DNA of 64,000 bases from an uncultured Gammaproteobacteria bacterium (GCA_964650355.1 CAZYTL010000004.1:67912-131911); one strand, 5' to 3'. Numbered from the stretch's first letter, positions 1 to 10,043 are shown. Notes: a model not told the origin generated them from the letters alone. Made by a program: numbers and translations.

Positions 1-3000
1 GTAACCTCCGCTTATAAGTCACCCCATCAGCCATTTTTTGCCTGGTACGCGGAATCCACACTTTCCAGTGCGCCGGCTTTCCTGAAATCAGTTTCTCATT
101 CTCAACTATCCCTCGACCATTAATATTTACCGGCACCAGTTTCTGGATGTCTCCCTCTTCAGGCCAATACAAGGGCACAAAAACCCTTCCACCCAATACC
201 GGGCTCTCATATTTATCCGGAGTGATCACTCCTTTATCTTTCAATAAATTTAAATTTCGCCAGCTTAACTTCCCCAATATCTGACGCTGTTCTCTCACTG
301 GCAAAAACTCTAATGACCTAAACACTTGACTTAACAATTCCAAACTCTCTTCCCCCAACCCGTATTCCATCAAATACTCGAGCGTCTTTTTCCCATCAAC
401 TTTCCTTCCTTTCATCTCCTTCCAAAACACCTTCCCTTCATCTCCTGTCAGACTGGCTAAACTCTTTCCCAATTCCAACGGAATAGAACCTAACCCCACC
501 CACTCTTCATCCGGATTTAAACCCCTACGCCTCAAATAATCCCTGGCTAACTGGTCGTGTTTCAAACATAACCTTCCAACATCCATAATCGCTCTCATGG
601 CCGCAATCCGATTAGAAGTGGGCGTTGCATACTCATTTACTTCAGCCCCTCTGGCTAACGGCACCTTGATCCTCTCCCTCAATCCAGCAGGTAACATAAT
701 CCACACGTCACAACGTCCTCGACACTTTATTCCTGCTGATTCAGGATAAAAGGTTGCCGCCTCCGTATCTCGATTATCATGGTTAGGAAGAGGACAATAC
801 ACATTTCCCTGGACATTACCTTCTTTAATTAAATCCATTAATTCTGCCAAATGCCAAGTGTCTAACTCTCCTTCATCAATTGCTTGCGCCGCTTCTCTCA
901 ACCAATCTTCTTTTAATACCCACCAACCGTTCAACACATCAGGTTCACAGACCACCGGCTTGCCAGGGACCCTCTTCACTTCTCTTCCGTCCGGATCTAC
1001 TAAATAATCCATGTCATTAATCCTTTCGACCCGTCTCAACTCCACATCAGCATCTCTAACCCTTGACCAGATATTTTCTTCATATGCCTCTCTCACCCGC
1101 TCCGGATCTGCTGCCACCCCTACCATCGTCCTATCAGTAGCCACGCGTCCCGTAACAAAAATCTCATCTCCTTTCAGAGTAAACTTTCCTCTTCTATCTA
1201 CTGCTAGCCTCAGGGAACCACCTTTCAAGCCGTCCAACCACACCACCTTCACTTCTTCTTGCACAAACTCGACTGCATCACTTACTTTCACCTCTCCTTT
1301 TGCCAATTGTTCGGCTAACACATCTAACTTTAAATAATCTCTATCTAAACTTCTTTCACACCAACCGGCACCTATCTCTGGTAACGCCTCTTTCACTTCT
1401 TCTAAAATCTTCACATGTTGTTCAGCTACTTGCGTTAACAACCGTAATGCCTTCAACACCGCTCTTTCATTCTCCGTCTGCATCACTTTTAACCGTCGCT
1501 CAATTATCTCTTGTCCCCACTTAATTAATCTTTCTCTTTCGCAAGGAATCTTTACTTCATGATCTACCCTTCCATCCGGGAATCGATACCAAATTACCCC
1601 CTTAAGCCTGCTTTGATCCTCTTCTCCAGCCTCAGGCCTTACAAAACCATGATCCAAAGCAAAATCGGCCACTTGTTCCACGGTCACCGGAAACTTTTCA
1701 TCTTTATTCCAATCAGCGTTTTTGGACCACTCATCCACTCTACATAACTGTACCAACATCCAAAACATATACTCTTCCACCTGTTTAATATGCTTATCAA
1801 CCGGCACACTCTCCCGACTCAACACCGCTTCAAGAGGTCCATCCCCTACAGCGAACTTATGATCTCCGATTCTAATTTCCATCTCGTCAGACACCGGCTT
1901 TCCCAGCCTCCGCGATTCTCTTAAAAATGAACCAGCAGTCTTAGGTAACCGGGTTTTCGTTTCTTTAGACTTTCCCTCCTCATCTACTTCTGATCTTCTA
2001 TATCTGACCATTTGCGATCCAAATAACCCCGAAATATGTTTCATAACTGTTTGCAAGTCCAATCCATAATGATCTCCTTGGGGAAACCCTACCTCAATTG
2101 CGTCCATCACTCCCCCCGTAAAAGCCACCTCTACCGATTCGCCATTTAAATTCACTGTCATCCAAATCTGATCCCCCAACTTCAACTCTGTCAAAACCCC
2201 CTTGTTACTATCTCTCACTCTCTCTCCGCTTCTGCAGATTTCTTCTGCCACACATAACCAATTTATAGCCGCCAATCCGTTTAATCCCTCAGGATCAATT
2301 TTCGCGTCAAATCCTTCCCGAGTGGTCTCCTCTATCAAGCTCATTGCTCCTCCCGGGCCTGCAATTATATGCCCTAGTTCAACTATCTGCGTCAAAATAC
2401 TCTGTCCATCATTATCGGCTATCACCTTTCCCATCTCGTAAGGTTTCTCTGGCAACCTCTCTAATCCTAAATCTCTACATCTTAATCCCAATCTTCCCAT
2501 CCTTTCCTTCAATTGTCGGTTTGCCCAAGTCTCAATTTCTTCTCCTTTCTCTGGTCCGAAAATGGGCGCTCCTAACTCTACTCTCAGACTAGGCCGGTGG
2601 TTATCTTCTTTCACCACCACCTCTTCTCTCCATTCCTCGCCCAGTCCCAATTGTCTGACTTCACCCCCATTTCCTCCGTTGATCCGATCTTGAAATACCG
2701 CTCCAACTACCAGACCAGACTGATCTTTTACTAATTCCACGCTATAATCAGACATCGGCTCACCTTCTAACCACCGACTCACTATCTCGTGTCCAGCCTT
2801 ACCCATCGCCAACACTGTTGGCTGGTTATCATTACGCTTCACTCGTTCTCCCCTCTGCCTAGCTTTTAATTCCCTTATCAGTCGACTAACTCCAGATTTT
2901 TTCGGTAAACGGGTCTGCTCCATCCTCAACAACTGGGCTAACTCTATTATTCCGTGCCTCAGAACCGCCTCCTGCTCTTGGCTTGGAACGGTCTGCATTC

Positions 3001-3211
3001 TGCCGACTAAATCTTCCAAAATTTCAGCTTTTCTTCCTCTCACCCCAGACCAAGGATCATCCTCCCCATCTTCTAACGCCCGCATTACCTGCCCTCCTAC
3101 CCATTCCAGTACATCCTGCTGGCCACCTCTAGCCAACACCGCCAATTGCTTATCCAGTACCGGCATCAAATCCCCAAACGGTTCCATTTCCCCACTCACC
3201 ATATTCACCAT
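1..3211 (-). CDS. Partial (3' end off-window) >1070-aa protein: N-terminal RecB/AddB-like PD-(D/E)xK nuclease fused to DnaG-like primase (CHC2 zinc finger + catalytic-core N-terminus)
   Basis: Hand translation of the minus strand from ATG 3211 (MVNMVSGEMEPF, in-frame TGA just upstream) is stop-free to position 1. Motifs: LAMGKAGHEIV, GGVMDAI, IRIGDHKF, KHIKQVEEY (nuclease); YCPLPNHDNRDTEAATFYPESAGIKCRGRC (CHC2 finger); ARDYLRRRGL, GGRVFVPLY, NINGRGI (DnaG core). It is absent from the ORF track because it has no stop in the window. Confidence 0.8.
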   Translation of the reverse strand, partial: MVNMVSGEMEPFGDLMPVLDKQLAVLARGGQQDVLEWVGGQVMRALEDGEDDPWSGVRGRKAEILEDLVGRMQTVPSQEQEAVLRHGIIELAQLLRMEQTRLPKKSGVSRLIRELKARQRGERVKRNDNQPTVLAMGKAGHEIVSRWLEGEPMSDYSVELVKDQSGLVVGAVFQDRINGGNGGEVRQLGLGEEWREEVVVKEDNHRPSLRVELGAPIFGPEKGEEIETWANRQLKERMGRLGLRCRDLGLERLPEKPYEMGKVIADNDGQSILTQIVELGHIIAGPGGAMSLIEETTREGFDAKIDPEGLNGLAAINWLCVAEEICRSGERVRDSNKGVLTELKLGDQIWMTVNLNGESVEVAFTGGVMDAIEVGFPQGDHYGLDLQTVMKHISGLFGSQMVRYRRSEVDEEGKSKETKTRLPKTAGSFLRESRRLGKPVSDEMEIRIGDHKFAVGDGPLEAVLSRESVPVDKHIKQVEEYMFWMLVQLCRVDEWSKNADWNKDEKFPVTVEQVADFALDHGFVRPEAGEEDQSRLKGVIWYRFPDGRVDHEVKIPCERERLIKWGQEIIERRLKVMQTENERAVLKALRLLTQVAEQHVKILEEVKEALPEIGAGWCERSLDRDYLKLDVLAEQLAKGEVKVSDAVEFVQEEVKVVWLDGLKGGSLRLAVDRRGKFTLKGDEIFVTGRVATDRTMVGVAADPERVREAYEENIWSRVRDADVELRRVERINDMDYLVDPDGREVKRVPGKPVVCEPDVLNGWWVLKEDWLREAAQAIDEGELDTWHLAELMDLIKEGNVQGNVYCPLPNHDNRDTEAATFYPESAGIKCRGRCDVWIMLPAGLRERIKVPLARGAEVNEYATPTSNRIAAMRAIMDVGRLCLKHDQLARDYLRRRGLNPDEEWVGLGSIPLELGKSLASLTGDEGKVFWKEMKGRKVDGKKTLEYLMEYGLGEESLELLSQVFRSLEFLPVREQRQILGKLSWRNLNLLKDKGVITPDKYESPVLGGRVFVPLYWPEEGDIQKLVPVNINGRGIVENEKLISGKPAHWKVWIPRTRQKMADGVTYKRRL

Positions 3212-3388
3212 TCATGTCAGGGGCAGCATCTCCAAGAGACTCAACGAGATAAAAAGTTACTCCATCATACCTTAAAGCCTATAGGGGAAAAAGAGGTAAA
3301 ATATCTTGAATTTATGCCCATAACTGACCATCCCTCCTCAAATTATCATCCCCCTCACCATCGCTTTCCTTAAACCCCCACCCACTCT

Positions 3389-3415
3389 CCATAGCACACT
3401 AGTCTTGTGCTATGG
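3389..3415. promoter_or_regulatory. Perfect 10-bp inverted repeat in a divergent promoter region, candidate operator
   Basis: CCATAGCACA-ctagtct-TGTGCTATGG between the divergent starts at 3211 (-) and 3518 (+). Confidence 0.35.
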
Positions 3416-3517
3416 TAAAAATAGATTTACCAAAACCTTACCTTTTAACAGATTCCTAAACATTATTAATAACTAAATTTCAAATTCACTAATTAACTCC
3501 ATCTCCCCATTTCCCTT

Positions 3518-5302
3518 ATGCCTAAAAATTCACCAGAATTTCCGTTGAGCACGATCACTCGAGGGTGGAAGGCAAAAACCGAAACCACGTACTTCAACGG
3601 AGAATTACGGCCTGAACTGGCTCATCAAGTTTTCCCAGTAAGAAATATTATCGGTCCGCCCGGCAAACCTCGTATATTTACCCTCGATCTTCCTCCCAGC
3701 TTTGAACGCGGTCCCCTCGCCAACTTCCAACCGGCAGATATTAAAGCCTGGATTCCACCAGATCATTCCGATCAAGAACGTTTTCCCCATGCTCCCTATT
3801 ATCCCAATATAGTGTACGAACATCATGCTGCCTCAGTCGAATTTGCTGTAGAAAGATGCGAATTTGTTCACCCCATCAGATTCTCATCAGTCTATCCCAA
3901 CGGTTTTGAAGCCCTAGATCCAGCCCAAGCAACTTTTGCCCACCAAATTACTCAGTCACTTATAGAAGGAGGTCATACTCAAGACGAGCAACCCAATCCC
4001 GATACCGACCTGATTTTCTATTTTGATCAAATTCCTCAAACCGGTGGAGATCTTTTAGCGAGAATGCCCGAAACTCCCAAGGCCATTCTCCGTCAAATTA
4101 GTAATCAATATATGAGAGAAGAAGGCAATCATCAATCTAAATATATTGGTAGTACTGTTGGTGTTATTACTGTACCAGAAGACCTAAGCCAATACACCCA
4201 TGAAAAAATGCAAGACATTATTTGGGGCACCATGGCCAAACGCGGAGCTTTAAAATTCATTTTCATCTCTACTGACGCCCAGGGCAACGCTAAGAATTAT
4301 ACCTATGCCACCATGGAACCTGGACATCCGCTATTTGATCCTCGTTATCCCCAAGCAATCACCGCCCTCCGTAACGCTATGGTTGTTCACGCTTGTACCA
4401 CCCAGAGCGAACGAGCTCTAGTTACCAGAAACCACCTCACTCAAGAACAATTTCTCAACTGTCCCACCATCGACCACCTGATTAACTTCGGCCGCCAATG
4501 GGGGGAACGAAAAACAATGGACTTACCCATTGGAATTGGTAAATACCAAGTATCTACACGACGAGAAAACGAATCACAAGCCATCCTTGGTTGGACAGGT
4601 CAATCTCCAGGTGCTATGGCTGCGAGAGCTCCGCTGCTTGACGAATTTCTTCCCGGAGGGCGAGCTTACATAATTACCGCCACAGGCCGTGACGAAACTG
4701 ATAAAACCAACATGGCTGCAATGAAGGGCGACCTAATTACAGTCAACTTAGTTGAAGGCAAGACTCATGCCTATGGTGTTGAAGGTATCCCTTTAAAAGA
4801 AACTTCAGTTGAAGCAACAGAACTAGTTGCCGTCATGGAGAATTCCCCTGATGTCACTCTTACGCAAACACCAGACGGACTAAAATTAGATCCCCAAGGA
4901 AAAATAAAATCCAAATTCATTCGTGCGGTACTCCACATCCATTTTGCCGTTGAAGAAATTCTCCCCTATATTATAAATGGTCAAGCATTTCAAGTTATCG
5001 AGCACATCCCCACCAATTGGGAAGAGTTTCAATTTCCCTTAGGTTGCGGCAAGCATGAAATGGAAGCGTTTACCACAGACCTCGCCAGCCGCGCAGGTAG
5101 GATAGCAACCGCTGCATATGGAATCGCTTATTTACCCAACCACGGCTTGCATATTTTCTGTTATAACCGACCACTACCTGGCACTGACATTATTCCCGAA
5201 GACCCGACAGAAGCATTACAATGGCTCGAACAACAAGGCTTTATTAAACTTACCAAAGAGATACCTCAAATACCCAACAAATCAACTCACTTCAAATCAT
5301 AA
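3518..5302 (+). CDS. 594-aa protein with unknown N-terminal region and C-terminal class II aldolase/adducin-like domain
   Basis: IITATG..K, TSVE, AVLHIH, GCG and YLPNHGL match the order of FucA/RhaD/MtnB motifs (S-x-E, H-x-H, NHG). Confidence 0.6.
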   Translation: MPKNSPEFPLSTITRGWKAKTETTYFNGELRPELAHQVFPVRNIIGPPGKPRIFTLDLPPSFERGPLANFQPADIKAWIPPDHSDQERFPHAPYYPNIVYEHHAASVEFAVERCEFVHPIRFSSVYPNGFEALDPAQATFAHQITQSLIEGGHTQDEQPNPDTDLIFYFDQIPQTGGDLLARMPETPKAILRQISNQYMREEGNHQSKYIGSTVGVITVPEDLSQYTHEKMQDIIWGTMAKRGALKFIFISTDAQGNAKNYTYATMEPGHPLFDPRYPQAITALRNAMVVHACTTQSERALVTRNHLTQEQFLNCPTIDHLINFGRQWGERKTMDLPIGIGKYQVSTRRENESQAILGWTGQSPGAMAARAPLLDEFLPGGRAYIITATGRDETDKTNMAAMKGDLITVNLVEGKTHAYGVEGIPLKETSVEATELVAVMENSPDVTLTQTPDGLKLDPQGKIKSKFIRAVLHIHFAVEEILPYIINGQAFQVIEHIPTNWEEFQFPLGCGKHEMEAFTTDLASRAGRIATAAYGIAYLPNHGLHIFCYNRPLPGTDIIPEDPTEALQWLEQQGFIKLTKEIPQIPNKSTHFKS

Positions 5303-5508
5303 CCCTTCACCCTTTCGACCGTCTTCTCTACCTGACCTCTTAAAAAGCTATACACTGCGACACTACTCTCTCCCTTGTTCTCCCGTGAAATCCTTCAAAA
5401 TCTCCTCATTCAGTTGCCCATGGCTAATCAATTTAGCCACTGAAACAGCGCACCACCATTTTCTCACCAAGAGTATAATAACTCCCTATAAAATTTTCCC
5501 TTTTTCCG

Positions 5509-6489
5509 ATGAACCGTCTACCCGAATTCCTCTTATTCCACCCCGGTGCCGGCAACGGCCAAGCAGAACAGATTGCCCGACAAGCTTCCGAACAAATGGG
5601 CGCTCCCGCCCAAAATCTCCAACATATCATCTCTGCACCTGAAAATTTTTTTGACAACACCCCGCCAGATGCTATCTTCTATGTGCTTTCCGGAGACGGA
5701 GGAGTCAGATTCACTCTTGAGAATATCACTCCCTGTCAAAAAATTGTCCCCATGCCATTTTCCGGCAGCGTTCGCGTTTTTAGTCGCACATCCGAATGGC
5801 TGCCTTCTCACCTCTCCCCCCTTGAGATTGTCAGCGCTGTCAGAAATGGCCAGTGTGAAACTCGGATTCTTCATCCCCTCCAGATAACCTCTCCTCGCTC
5901 CACCGATCAACCTTCTCTCGACCACCCAACTTATGCCTGGTGGTTAGCCGGCAGTTGTTATAGTGCATCTTTACTTAATGGCATCGAAAAATATCGCGAA
6001 TACCTTCCTCGTCCCCCCTTACTTCATCAGGCTCTTGCGGCCCTTAAAACCACTGCGGAAATTCTCCACAATAATCAGGCTTGGGTCACCGCCATTTTCA
6101 ATGGACACGAGGTTACAGCCAAGGGCTTTGATGTCAACCGCAGAGAAGTTCCTTACCTTGCCCACATCCGACTCCCATCTGACTCCGATTATCTGATAGT
6201 CACCGGATCACAGGACCAAATCTCCCAGGACGGCCTCTACCGCTATTGTTGTCGGCTCCTCCTTGACTACGTTTCCGCTCAAGTTGGTGCTCCTCCTTCC
6301 GCAGGCTCCTTCCAATTCCACCCCTTACCTGAAGGCCAGACAGTTATGATCGCCAACCCTCTGGAACTTCCCTATCATCTCGACTCTGTTCCTCAGCCAG
6401 GCGGGCCATTCCTTCACATCAACAACCAACCGCGCGATCCCCTCTCTCCTCATATCCGACGCCTGTTAATCTATCAACCCTCGGCTTAA
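5509..6489 (+). CDS. Divergent diacylglycerol-kinase (DAGK) family-like protein
   Basis: FHPGAGNG resembles NPxAGxG; LSGDGG resembles GGDGT; C-terminal YHLDS resembles xxxDGE. Length 326 aa is typical of the family. Confidence 0.55.
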   Translation: MNRLPEFLLFHPGAGNGQAEQIARQASEQMGAPAQNLQHIISAPENFFDNTPPDAIFYVLSGDGGVRFTLENITPCQKIVPMPFSGSVRVFSRTSEWLPSHLSPLEIVSAVRNGQCETRILHPLQITSPRSTDQPSLDHPTYAWWLAGSCYSASLLNGIEKYREYLPRPPLLHQALAALKTTAEILHNNQAWVTAIFNGHEVTAKGFDVNRREVPYLAHIRLPSDSDYLIVTGSQDQISQDGLYRYCCRLLLDYVSAQVGAPPSAGSFQFHPLPEGQTVMIANPLELPYHLDSVPQPGGPFLHINNQPRDPLSPHIRRLLIYQPSA

Positions 6490-6496
6490 GCATCAC

Positions 6497-7006
6497 TCAC
6501 CCGTCTCTCTCTTCCGGCCAGGTTCCCATCACCTGTCGCAAGATCCCCAATTCCCCGGTATGATATGCCGTATGATCTGCCACAATCAATACTTCCCTCA
6601 CCAGAGTATGCTGCTTATTTGGATCATTCATCACCGGTGCCCACAAATCCGTTTGCTCGTCCTCCACCAGCTTGATTAAGACCGCCAAATCATCTTCATA
6701 ACCCTGCAACGTCTCTTTCCACATTTGCTCATCCGCTTCCATATCTTGGGCGGGCCAATAATCATCCGGCCATTTCATTTCCTCATAATTCTCATCCACC
6801 ACATAATCCAAAATATCTTTCTGAGTTCTGCGGATATGCTCTACCAAATGCCAACAGGAATAAGACACCTGGGGCGGCTCTTCATTAATCCTGTCCATGG
6901 GAAAATCCTTTACCGCTGCTTCCAAAGGCATATGCGCTCCTCTACCTTTCAACAACTCCACCAATCGGTTCCTTAATAGTCGATCACCAGTTTGTTTCTT
7001 CGCCAT
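6497..7006 (-). CDS. DinB/YfiT-like (DinB_2) putative metalloenzyme
   Basis: GAH, WHLVEH, WPDDYWP and ADHTAYHTGE motifs. Confidence 0.85.
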   Translation of the reverse strand: MAKKQTGDRLLRNRLVELLKGRGAHMPLEAAVKDFPMDRINEEPPQVSYSCWHLVEHIRRTQKDILDYVVDENYEEMKWPDDYWPAQDMEADEQMWKETLQGYEDDLAVLIKLVEDEQTDLWAPVMNDPNKQHTLVREVLIVADHTAYHTGELGILRQVMGTWPEERDG

Positions 7007-7069
7007 ACTTATTTTATTTTAACAGCATAAAAATGAAAAAACCCTGAACCTTGAATGAATCCAATTCTC

Positions 7070-7324
7070 CTAACTTTTCCATCCCACCAGCATCTCTTTT
7101 GCTTCCTGATCATTCAATTTTTTCACCACGATTCCCATTTGTACCATCACCCAATCACCCACCTTCACTCCTTCTTCTCCCACCATTGCCCCTCGAGCCT
7201 CAACATTCTCCTTATCTTTCTCATCCGAACTCCTGACTCTTGACTCTTGAATCTTGAATCTATACTCGATCATTGCCTTCCGTCCTTCAATTTTTTTAAT
7301 CTTGCCGGGAATTGCTAAACACAT
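7070..7324 (-). CDS. hypC: Hydrogenase maturation chaperone, HypC/HupF family
   Basis: MCLAIPGKI N-terminus and VKVGDWVMV; adjacent to hydrogenase genes; contains a repeat-derived insert. Confidence 0.85.
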   Translation of the reverse strand: MCLAIPGKIKKIEGRKAMIEYRFKIQESRVRSSDEKDKENVEARGAMVGEEGVKVGDWVMVQMGIVVKKLNDQEAKEMLVGWKS

Positions 7325-7445
7325 AAAATAGTTTCAAGTTTCCCCCCAGGGGGCTTCTTCAGGGTAAATTCCAGTTTCGAGTTTCCTATTTATTTGATAG
7401 TATAAATATATCCTAATTAATTTTCATCCGTAACCGCTAACCGAA

Positions 7446-7472
7446 ACGCCTGTCTGCCTTTGGCGGAGGCGT
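7446..7472. repeat. Short GC-rich REP-like palindrome
   Basis: ACGCCT-gt-CTGCC-ttt-GGCGG-AGGCGT; similar in style to 54178..54211. Confidence 0.4.
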
Positions 7473-7493
7473 CGTCATCGTCATAATCTAACT

Positions 7494-7982
7494 ATGACCG
7501 AACAAAAAAAACTCGTCATCGGCTGGTTCTCTTTCACCTGCTGCGAAGACAGTACCATCGTCTTTTCCGAACTCCTTAACCAGCACCTGGACGAATGGAA
7601 AAACCTGGTCGAATTCCGTCACGCCAAAGTCCTCAAAACCCATAACGAGCTTAAAGACCTGGACGTAGCCTTTATCGAAGGCGCCATTTCTTCCGATTCC
7701 CAAGCTGAAGAAGTTAAGAGAATCAGAGATAACTCCAAGTACGTGGTAGCCATCGGTGCCTGCGCCTGTACCGGTCGTCCCTCAGCCAGCCGCAATGACT
7801 TCACGGACCAGGATATCACTGAAAAAATTCAGTGGTATTTCGATCACTTCGACTATTCCCAAAAAGTTCGCAAATTGGATGAAGTCATCAAAGTCGACGA
7901 TCAAGTCGACGGCTGCCCCATGAATGTCAATAAATTCCTTGAAATAGTGAATAAATACCTAAAGGAATTTAAAATAACTTAA
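7494..7982 (+). CDS. NiFe hydrogenase small (delta-like) subunit, short single-cluster form (NADH:ubiquinone oxidoreductase 20-kDa family)
   Basis: FTCCEDS, DVAFIEGAI, VAIGACACTG, VDGCP; directly upstream of the large subunit. Confidence 0.85.
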   Translation: MTEQKKLVIGWFSFTCCEDSTIVFSELLNQHLDEWKNLVEFRHAKVLKTHNELKDLDVAFIEGAISSDSQAEEVKRIRDNSKYVVAIGACACTGRPSASRNDFTDQDITEKIQWYFDHFDYSQKVRKLDEVIKVDDQVDGCPMNVNKFLEIVNKYLKEFKIT

Positions 7983-8014
7983 AGAAAAATCTCCTACTAA
8001 AGATTTACAATCTT

Positions 8015-9319
8015 ATGCACCAAGAACCAATCACTCTCGACTCCATCACCAAAATCGAAGGCAACGCCAAACTCGAAGTCCAAATCCAAGACCACCAACT
8101 GGTAGATCTGAAATTCATCATCAACGACTACCGCCGCTTCTATACCCAAGCCATCAAAGGCAAACCCATGCTCACCGCTCCCTCATTTCTTTCCCGCATC
8201 TGCGGCACTTGCTCCGTCGCCCATCTCTTCTGTTCCATAGAAGCCGTGGAAAAATCCCAAAACATTAAAATTACCGACCAAACCAAACTCCTACGCCGCC
8301 TGGCGTATAACTCTCTCATGATCCGCGATCATGCCCTCCACCTTTATTTCTTTGTCCTGCCCGACGTCTTGGGCCTTGACTCCATCCTGGACATTCCCGA
8401 CGATCCTAACGACCTCGGCCACACTTTATTGCATGACTCTTTTGCCATCAAACAACTGGGCACCGATCTGTCTACCGCCATTATTGGCGCTGCCGTCCAT
8501 GCCCCCTTACCCACCGTGGGCGGCTTTTTCAAACTCCCTGACCCTTCCCAATTTCCCGCCTTTATCGATCGTCTACAAGCCATCCGTCCACAGGTTCTCC
8601 GCTGCATCAAACTCTTCTATGACTGGAAAGAAGAATTCAAACGCAACACCGATTACCTTTGCTTAAGAAACTCAGATCATTGGGATTTCCTCGAAGGCCA
8701 GGTCATCAACTCCAATGGCTTAAAAGTCCCCGAGGAACAATTCCACGACTTTCTCACCCAAGTAGTCATCCCCTATTCCCAGGCAGAAGGCTACAAATTC
8801 ACTGACACCCACGAAGACTATTTCGTCGGTGCCCTAGCCAGAATCAACCTCAATCAGGACCTTCTTCACCCCCGGACCCAAAAAGATATCGAACCCTACC
8901 TCAACTTTTTCCCTTCAGACAACATTCATGACAACGATCTCGCTCAGGCTATCGAAATCCTTCACGCTGTCGACGACTCCATTGACATCCTTCAAAACTT
9001 ACACCTCAACTCCGACGAAAAACCCATTCGCCAGCCTCCTCAAGCCGGCACTGGAGTAGGTGTTGTCGAGGCTCCCCGCGGCATTCTCTATCATCTAGCC
9101 CAAGTTAATGACAAAGGCATCATCACCGACTACGACGTCATCGTCCCCACGGCCCAAAACCAAATCAACATCGAAAACGACCTTAAAAAATACTTTTCCG
9201 CACACCACTCAGAAGACAAAAACACCGTCCAACTCCAGGCTGAAAAAATCATTCGTGCTTACGACCCTTGCATGTCCTGCGCCACCAACTTCCTCAAAAT
9301 TGAATGGATCAAAAAATAA
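8015..9319 (+). CDS. NiFe hydrogenase large (alpha) subunit, group 3b-related
   Basis: ITKIEG, L1 motif SRICGTCSVAH, VEAPRGILYH, L2 motif RAYDPCMSCATN plus a short C-terminal extension. Confidence 0.92.
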   Translation: MHQEPITLDSITKIEGNAKLEVQIQDHQLVDLKFIINDYRRFYTQAIKGKPMLTAPSFLSRICGTCSVAHLFCSIEAVEKSQNIKITDQTKLLRRLAYNSLMIRDHALHLYFFVLPDVLGLDSILDIPDDPNDLGHTLLHDSFAIKQLGTDLSTAIIGAAVHAPLPTVGGFFKLPDPSQFPAFIDRLQAIRPQVLRCIKLFYDWKEEFKRNTDYLCLRNSDHWDFLEGQVINSNGLKVPEEQFHDFLTQVVIPYSQAEGYKFTDTHEDYFVGALARINLNQDLLHPRTQKDIEPYLNFFPSDNIHDNDLAQAIEILHAVDDSIDILQNLHLNSDEKPIRQPPQAGTGVGVVEAPRGILYHLAQVNDKGIITDYDVIVPTAQNQINIENDLKKYFSAHHSEDKNTVQLQAEKIIRAYDPCMSCATNFLKIEWIKK

Positions 9320-9335
9320 ACCCAAAAAGTTTGAC

Positions 9336-9530
9336 TCACTCAATCTCTCTTTGACCAGGCCTTATATCAATCACAGGAATTCTCTTGATTCCTTGTCGTC
9401 CATTTACTACCCTTCTTCTTTGATCCGAGTCTTCGGCATCTATCTTCTGTCCAATTTTTTCAGCCAAAAGCACAAATACCCTTACTGTCGTAGGGTCTTC
9501 AAACCAAGGTGTTTCTAAACGAACAGTCAT
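9336..9530 (-). CDS. Small hypothetical protein (about 64 aa)
   Basis: Fills the intergenic gap; ATG 9530 is preceded by GGAGGTGG and an upstream TATAAT. Confidence 0.4.
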   Translation of the reverse strand: MTVRLETPWFEDPTTVRVFVLLAEKIGQKIDAEDSDQRRRVVNGRQGIKRIPVIDIRPGQREIE

Positions 9531-9582
9531 AAAACTCCACCTCCGTCCACTTTTTAGAATAAACACTATTATAGGCTATAAA

Positions 9583-9978
9583 TTAATCTCTGTCAAGATT
9601 CTTTCCACTTAATAAGTCAGCAATTCGCTCAGCGAAATTTGTCTCCCACCCCATCGGTATCCCGACAATCTTCACCTTCCCCAACTTGCCCAACTTCCGC
9701 AAATACCGAATCTGAAATCCTAAATCATAATCATGCACCGTACTCCTCTGAGACAAAACCAACTTATCCACATCTCTTTCGCTAAATAAAATCACCTTAT
9801 CAATTCCTTCCACCACATCCATCACCACCACCTCATCCTCCTCAGCAAACGGCAAATCCTCATTGGGATTCACAAACACTAACTCCATATTCTTAACCTT
9901 TCCTTCCAACTCCTTCGCCACTTTTATGGCCGCATTATCCATCTCCACATCCGGATTCCCAAACACATAAACTTTCAT
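9583..9978 (-). CDS. Hydrogenase maturation endopeptidase-like (HycI/HyaD family)
   Basis: VFGNP...D, VVVMDVV and STVHDYDL motifs; lies within the hydrogenase cluster. Confidence 0.75.
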   Translation of the reverse strand: MKVYVFGNPDVEMDNAAIKVAKELEGKVKNMELVFVNPNEDLPFAEEDEVVVMDVVEGIDKVILFSERDVDKLVLSQRSTVHDYDLGFQIRYLRKLGKLGKVKIVGIPMGWETNFAERIADLLSGKNLDRD

Positions 9979-9996
9979 CTCCTCATTTTATATCCA

Positions 9997-10038
9997 AATA
10001 CTTGATACTTGATACCCAATGCTTAATCCATGATACTA
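9997..10038. repeat. Degenerate heptamer tandem repeat filling a divergent promoter region
   Basis: aatactt gatactt gataccc aatgctt aatccat gatacta. Confidence 0.6.
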
Positions 10039-10043
10039 GCCCC

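Noticed and set aside
1011-2592. Several short plus-strand ORFs in the track
   Set aside because: They are antisense shadows of the long minus-strand nuclease-primase ORF, S/P/L-rich and without motifs.
3389-3415. Second CIRCE element
   Set aside because: The arms and 7-bp spacer do not fit TTAGCACTC-N9-GAGTGCTAA, and no chaperone gene is adjacent.
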